Below are positions 58,299 to 64,000 of a stretch of 64,000 nucleotides of DNA, piece by piece (within the stretch, counting starts at the first letter, position 1; each line of letters opens with the position of its first letter). A program made the position numbers and the translations under genes. The notes under the pieces were generated by a model that saw only the letters and a list, made by a program, of their open reading frames with translations, made no database searches and was not told the DNA's origin. The stretch comes from Macrostomum lignano (lineage: Eukaryota): the NCBI GenBank assembly GCA_002269645.1, contig NIVC01002443.1:1-64000 (forward strand), given 5' to 3'.

Positions 58299-60364
58299 AT
58301 GTTGGTCACAAAGTTTTCTCTGCTGATTTTGGTCAGCTTAGCTTCACTTGTTGCTCGCGGCGGTAAGTTCGGGTGAGCTGTCTAAATTTCTCATTAGCTT
58401 TGTTAGAAATTGAAACAAGCCATCATAGCTCAATATATATTTATCGAGCTAAAAAACTTCTAAAAAGGTAACGCAAATCACCTTCAATGAATGCTCGCTT
58501 AATGCTTTCTTCATAAAGAAGACAGCTGTTAAAGAAAGACAGTTACAGACAGACTACAATCACTACACCACCAGCCCTAGCAACCATTAACTTCGGCTAC
58601 TTCTTTGATTAGGCTAGTAAAAAAGCTATAGGAAACCCCCAACAGAACGAATCAGAAGGACGTCAGAAATTAAGACGGATATCAACGAATATTAGTCTGA
58701 AAGAAACAGCACCAATTGAGTTCCTCGAGCGCGTACTACCCGAGCACTGTTATCGTAGCTTCTGGTAAGCAGCTTGCTTCAAGTCATTCTTTCCGGGAGG
58801 CGTGTTAGGCTAGTAGAAAATGCAGTTCCTTCTTTGCCAGAGCGTCATAACGCCTGCTTGTACTACTTTATAGCACTTGGACTGCAGGGCACCCGAACCG
58901 ACCCCACTTACTATGAACTAAACTTAAACTACACTTACTTACAGCCGGCAAAGAATCCCAGCAGAAGGTCGGTCGCGTCATCGCCTCAACAAAAGTCATC
59001 CTACTCAACTCAAGCATCAAAAGTGACGTCTTGAACGTGACTGAAGTCTCAAGCAGCATTGAGTGCGTGGCTCTGTGCCAAGCAAAGCGCTGCGTTCTGG
59101 CAGTGCTCAACAAGGTGATGCAAATCTGTCGAATTGTCATCGTCTTCGACTCTCTGAAGTCTGCGGCACCTCCAGGAGCTCACGTAAGTCGGCATCTCGG
59201 AGCGGAAACTGGAGACAGAGTCTGGGTCGCTGAGGACTTTGCTGCTACAATTGCGAGGAACTCGAAGCAAACCTTTCTGAGTAAGCACTATTGAGACCTT
59301 CTGCTGAAAAGCTGTTCAAAATTTGCTGAAGATACTTTGTGAAGTTTCAAGTTTTCTACGACTATCCAAATCCCTATCGCTGGATACTTTCGAGTTCTTA
59401 TAGTTTTAATTAAAGGCAGCTTTTATCCTATGAGCGAGCAAATATCGAACCTGAACTTCGCAGACAGCAGCTCAAGCAAGAATGGCTCAATCCAGCTCGC
59501 TCTGATTAACGTCACCGGCTGCTACCGCATCGTGGTTGCCGGAGCCAAAGGCGGCGACAACCCGTTCACTGGGGGTCGTAGAGGTTTCGGCGCCGTCACA
59601 GCTGGCAGTTTCAACCTGACAGCCGGCACCCAGCTCTCTATCGTGGTCGGGCAGGCGGGCGGCTCTGCTAACTTGAACACATCGGGAGCTGGCGGCGGCG
59701 GAGGCAGCTTCGTGTACCGGACTGCGGATCAGCACCTGCTGATGGCGGCTGGTGGCGGCGGCGGCTGCTCCTGTTGCAAAAACGGTGGGTCTTTAATTGA
59801 TAACAAAATTGAAAATAGCGTGCCTCTATTTTTACTTGTTCATGCAGACCACTTTTATTAAAAAAATTTACAGGTGTTTCCGGCAAAAGGGACCAAAATG
59901 GTGCGGATTCGAATGGTAATTACATCCTCAAAAGTGGACTGGGAGGAACCAATGGTGGGCCTGGTTTCAACGAACCAAACAAAACTAAAGAACTGCTGTG
60001 CCACGGCGGCTGCGGCGCCGGCTGGCTTGGCAGGGCCGTCAATCCAAGGCGATGCTCCTGCGACGGCGAGAGAGGCGGCGGTCTGGCGGACGGCTGGGCC
60101 GGCGGCAGCGCCGGAGAGAGCGGCACCGGCGACGGCGGCTTCGGTGGAGGCGGCGGCGGAGGCGGCAACGCTACCTCCCCGGGCGCTGCCGGAGCTGGCG
60201 GCGGCTTCAGCGGAGGCGGAGCCGGTGTGGGCCGCAATCAAGCCGGAGGCGGCGGCGGCTCGTTTTGCAACGGCAGCGACTGCATCGGCGTCACGGGAGG
60301 CAACTCGGCTGGCGAACACGGATGGGTGACGCTGCGACTGCTGGCTGCTGGCACCTGCCAGTGA
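58299..60364 (+). CDS. Secreted PAN/apple-domain plus ALK/LTK-type glycine-rich domain protein, 403 aa, 4 exons, no TM or kinase
   Basis: Exons: 58299-58362 (signal peptide MLVTKFSLLILVSLASLVARG); 58945-59280 (PAN-like ECVALCQAKRC..C); 59464-59784 (TGCYRIVVAGAKGG..GAVTAGSFNLTAGTQLSIVVGQAGG..GGGGGSFV..AAGGGGG); 59874-60364 (GGFGGGGGGG..GAGGGFSGGG..GGGGGSFC..GWVTL..TCQ, stop). All three introns are GT-AG and phase 1; total 1212 nt. Confidence 0.87.
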
Positions 60365-60985
60365 ATGCGAAGATTGTCGTGATCAGACGAGATTCGATTT
60401 GAAGAACTTTTGAATCAAGAAATCAAAGCAAAACTTGATTAACTATAAGCTATAGTAATAACGATATAATCCTTATTTTTAGTTTTTATGAGGCAAAAAT
60501 ATAAAGTGTTCTGGCACAAGAGCAGTTAAAACCCGGGACCGTATCTGGTTTGCATTAACTGATGCTGAGTTTGCATTAAACTGTTAAGTTGGTGTCTGTC
60601 CGTTTCAACCTCTTTTTCTATTTTCTAGACAATATTCCATTTGGTAAGATTGTTTATTTGATAAATTAACCAAAACATATTTGCACCAGAGCTTGGCTAA
60701 AATGCTTTTCGGCTTGGAAATTTGTCAAATTAAGATAAACTGGGGTTGGATAATTTGACTTCAATGCTTACTCATATAACTGAGCTAACAATGGCGCTAG
60801 TTAAATTTTGCAAATAACTCGGAAGTGATTCAGTCAGGTGCCTCGTTTCACTTTGGTCTACAGGTTTAATTTTAGCAGAAAACTGGCAATCCAGGGGCTG
60901 TCGCGACTAAAACGTTTGTTCCCTGCTAATATGAGCTTGTAATGGGAGAGTTTAAACTGATATTAGCTTTCGTTTGAAACAGCCA

Positions 60986-62248
60986 CACCTGATCTTGTTT
61001 AGTCTGCAGCATGACTGACCTTGAGTAGCGTGTCACCTGATCTTGTTTAGTCTGCAGCATGACTGACCTTGAGTAGCGTGTCACCTGATCTTTCTTAGTC
61101 TGCAGCATGACTGACCTTGAGTAGCGTGTCACCTGATCTTGTTTAGTCTGCAGCATGACTGACCTTGAGTAGCGTGTCACCTGATCTTGTTTAGTCTGCA
61201 GCATGACTGACCTTGAGTAGCGTGTCACCTGATCTTGTTTAGTCTGCAGCATGACTGACCTTGAGTAGCGTGTCACCTGATCTTGTTTAGTCTGCAGCAT
61301 GACTGACCTTGAGTAGCGTGTCACCTGATCTTGTTTAGTCTGCAGCATGACTGACCTTGAGTAGCGTGTCACCTGATCTTGTTTAGTCTGCAGCATGACT
61401 GACCTTGAGTAGCGTGTCACCTGATCTTGTTTAGTCTGCAGCATGACTGACCTTGAGTAGCGTGTCACCTGATCTTTCTTAGTCTGCAGCATGACTGACC
61501 TTGAGTAGCGTGTCACCTGATCTTGTTTAGTCTGCAGCATGACTGACCTTGAGTAGCGTGTCACCTGATCTTGTTTAGTCTGCAGCATGACTGACCTTGA
61601 GTAGCGTGTCACCTGATCTTTCTTAGTCTGCAGCATGACTGACCTTGAGTAGCGTGTCACCTGATCTTTCTTAGTCTGCAGCATGACTGACCTTGAGTAG
61701 CGTGTCACCTGATCTTTCTTAGTCTGCAGCATGACTGACCTTGAGTAGCGTGTCACCTGATCTTTCTTAGTCTGCAGCATGACTGACCTTGAGTAGCGTG
61801 TCACCTGATCTTGTTTTGTGTGCAGCATGACTGACCTTGAGTAGCGTGTCACCTGATCTTTCTTAGTCTGCAGCATGACTGACCTTGAGTAGCGTGTCAC
61901 CTGATCTTGTTTTGTGTGCAGCATGACTGACCTTGAGTAGCGTGTCACCTGATCTTGTTTAGTCTGCAGCATGACTGACCTTGAGTAGCGTGTCACCTGA
62001 TCTTGTTTAGTCTGCAGCATGACTGACCTTGAGTAGCGTGTCACCTGATCTTTCTTAGTCTGCAGCATGACTGACCTTGAGTAGCGTGTCACCTGATCTT
62101 TCTTAGTCTGCAGCATGACTGACCTTGAGTAGCGTGTCACCTGATCTTTCTTAGTCTGCAGCATGACTGACCTTGAGTAGCGTGTCACCTGATCTTTCTT
62201 AGTCTGCAGCATGACTGACCTTGAGCAGCGTGTCACCTGATCTTGTTC
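60986..62248. repeat. 48-bp minisatellite (CACCTGATCTTGTTTAGTCTGCAGCATGACTGACCTTGAGTAGCGTGT)n
   Basis: About 26 near-identical copies; period measured from 61021 to 61069. It abuts the LINE fragment at about 62290. Confidence 0.97.
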
Positions 62249-62289
62249 ATCAAGGTCAGGGGGAGTTAATAACAAATTTATCATTGAAT

Positions 62290-63345
62290 AGGTGCGTGGC
62301 ACCTTTCATTGCCCCAGCTCGGATAACGGGTGCAGCGGAGGCATGTTGAGGACGGTGTTCAGGGGTAGAGGGGTACGCCAGGGTGATGGCTCGGCAGATG
62401 CTGCCCTGCAGCCTGTACAGCCAGTCTCGCACCGTCTTCAGCTTCAGCGCACTGTACCAGATGAAGCACGCGCATAGTTGATGCTGGGTCGGATGATGCC
62501 TGTGTAGAGCCATCTGGCCGTCATAGAAAGAGCCCCCAGGTAGGTCCGGTATCTCTGCTTTACTCGTTCAAAACATCGCTTAGTGCTCCAGATGACATTG
62601 CCAGCATGCACAGTCCAACGCAGATCATGCGTGAGCGTTATCTTCCTATGGTGAAGATAATGGCCACCGTCCTGACGGTGCTGATACATGTAGTTCGGCC
62701 ATTCCGGGTGGCCCAGTTTTGCACCTTGTCAGCGAAGTGCTGCTGCATCAGATTCCGTAGCATCATGCTGACGTCATCGGCGAAGCCGGCTTTGACGATG
62801 CTGCTCGGGACGGCAGCCATCAGTCGTTCGCTCATCACGTGGTTTCAGAGAAGTGTGTTGAGTACCCCGTCTTGGCCTCGGTCTTTTATCACTCTGTTAG
62901 TGCAGATTGCATCCATGAGGGTGGAGGTCACCATTCTGTTCCCCGATCATTAATTCGATCCATCGCACAATGCTGGATCTGACCTTTTTCTGTAAAAATG
63001 GGTCTCTGAAGGAGCCAAATTGTAAGTTATCAAAGGCCTCTTGATGTCAAAGAAAAGTCAACAAGCGATCTCTTTATTGAGGATTGCTTTCTCAAAGTCT
63101 GATGTTATACGTAAAATGATCCGTTATTTACCTGGCTGAAAAGCGAACTGGTGCTTACTTATGGGTGCCGCCCACAGGTTGCAGTCGCACAGCCTCCTCA
63201 GGATGAGCCTCTCCATCAGGTTAACGCAGAAGGAGTTTAGGCTAATGGGATGGAAGGATTCCACGTTAGTATCGTCGCTTTAACGGGCTTGGGGATGACG
63301 ACCACCCAGGCAGTCCTACAAATAATGGGGATGTGACCAGGTGGT
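62290..63345 (-). mobile_element. Decayed I/Loa/R1-group LINE reverse transcriptase fragment
   Basis: Minus-strand motifs across frameshifts and stops: VVVIPKP, FHPISLNSF..LMERLI, HQFAFQPGK, FDIKR, GVL..LL, GFADDV, WLYTGIIRPSINY, LQGSICRAITLAYPSTP. Confidence 0.85.
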
Positions 63346-63392
63346 GAAGCGATCAATAATAAGCTATGATATGATGTTATGATGAGCTATGA

Positions 63393-64000
63393 TGTTATGT
63401 CTTGAATTTAAAATAAGCTTCACAAGTCGTCAAGTGGTGTTCCAAAATAATTGCGTACTTCTTACGCTCCAGACCACTTAAGGTTTCTTATATTTTAGCT
63501 TGCCACACAGCGGGCTTTAAAACTGGTACTGTCTCTTGGCTTCATGCGAGCCCATAGATAAAAGCAAAACGGTCAAACTGACAACATAAATACAGGTACA
63601 CAGTCAAGTCACATTATCCCTCTTTTCTTCAAGATACTTGGTACCTCTCTGGTGGTCTCCGGATCCGCACTGGGTATCTGTGCTCCGTGGGTTGATTTGC
63701 AATCGGCTCCTCATCGTCTCCAATAGATCTGTTAGTTGCCTCTGCTCTGTCTCTGACATGGTCCCTGTGCACCACCAGGTCTCGTCCTTGATGGTCCCGC
63801 ACTCGTTTCAGCTGTTCGCCCATCGCTTCTTGAAATACTCCTTCTCCCTCCACTCCTTGTTAAAGGGATCTTGAACCCAAACAGGATTGTGGACTTGATC
63901 GGTTTTCTTGTCCTGAAACGACCGACGATGTAGCAGTGACAACCTCGTATTGAACTCGCGACGACCAAACATTTCTAGACACGGAGCGACACCATTGGCT
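63393..64000 (-). mobile_element. 3' end of a Ty3/Gypsy-type LTR retrotransposon: integrase tail, PPT and 3' LTR
   Basis: Integrase C-terminal tail ..VHRDHVR..RYPVRIRRPPERY with stop at 63629. Purine tract GAAGAAAAGAGGGATAA at 63614-63630 (minus strand). It is followed directly by a 221-bp LTR, TGTGAC...CATAACA (63613 to 63393). Confidence 0.75.

Noticed and set aside
59858-60402. Ala-, Pro- and Arg-rich ORFs listed in the track
   Set aside because: They are shadow frames of the Gly-rich last exon of the PAN-GR gene.
60926-62302. 458-aa QDQVTRYSRSVMLQTK repeat ORF as a real gene
   Set aside because: It is a 48-bp array beginning inside a decayed LINE, out of frame with the LINE ORF, with no promoter or splice support.
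1-64000. tRNA, rRNA, snRNA or spliced-leader RNA genes
   Set aside because: No convincing A/B-box cloverleaf or recognisable structural RNA was seen by eye; tRNAscan-SE and Infernal would be needed to exclude them.

Overview
This is animal (metazoan) genomic DNA. The GT-AG introns packed with minisatellites, poly-Q/poly-A coding stretches and (TTAGGG)n suggest a free-living flatworm such as Macrostomum; that assignment is inference. Six protein-coding genes can be reconstructed: (1) a secreted collagen-plus-C1q-domain protein (minus, 4203-14136, 4 exons); (2) peroxisomal ABC transporter ABCD3/PMP70 (plus, 24146-27950, 4 exons); (3) TMEM151 (plus, 40970-45009, first exon not located); (4) an intronless RA-RA/PDZ/coiled-coil scaffold (minus, 46806-49061); (5) a DXD GT32 (SUR1/CSH1-like) glycosyltransferase (plus, 52519-53929); (6) a secreted PAN/apple plus ALK/LTK-type glycine-rich protein with no membrane anchor or kinase (plus, 58299-60364; its last exon is not in the ORF track). 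The rest is about 20 tandem arrays, long GA purine tracts, an interstitial telomere-like run, degenerate LINEs (two I/Loa/R1-type pieces and one RTE), the 3' end of a Gypsy element with PPT and LTR, and MITEs with target-site duplications (two hAT, one Harbinger, one Merlin-like). The most notable signals are a ~29-bp tandem array built from RFX X-boxes behind ABCD3, further X-boxes inside the scaffold's coding sequence, and the soluble ALK-ectodomain-like protein. Most long ORFs in the supplied track are repeat artefacts.
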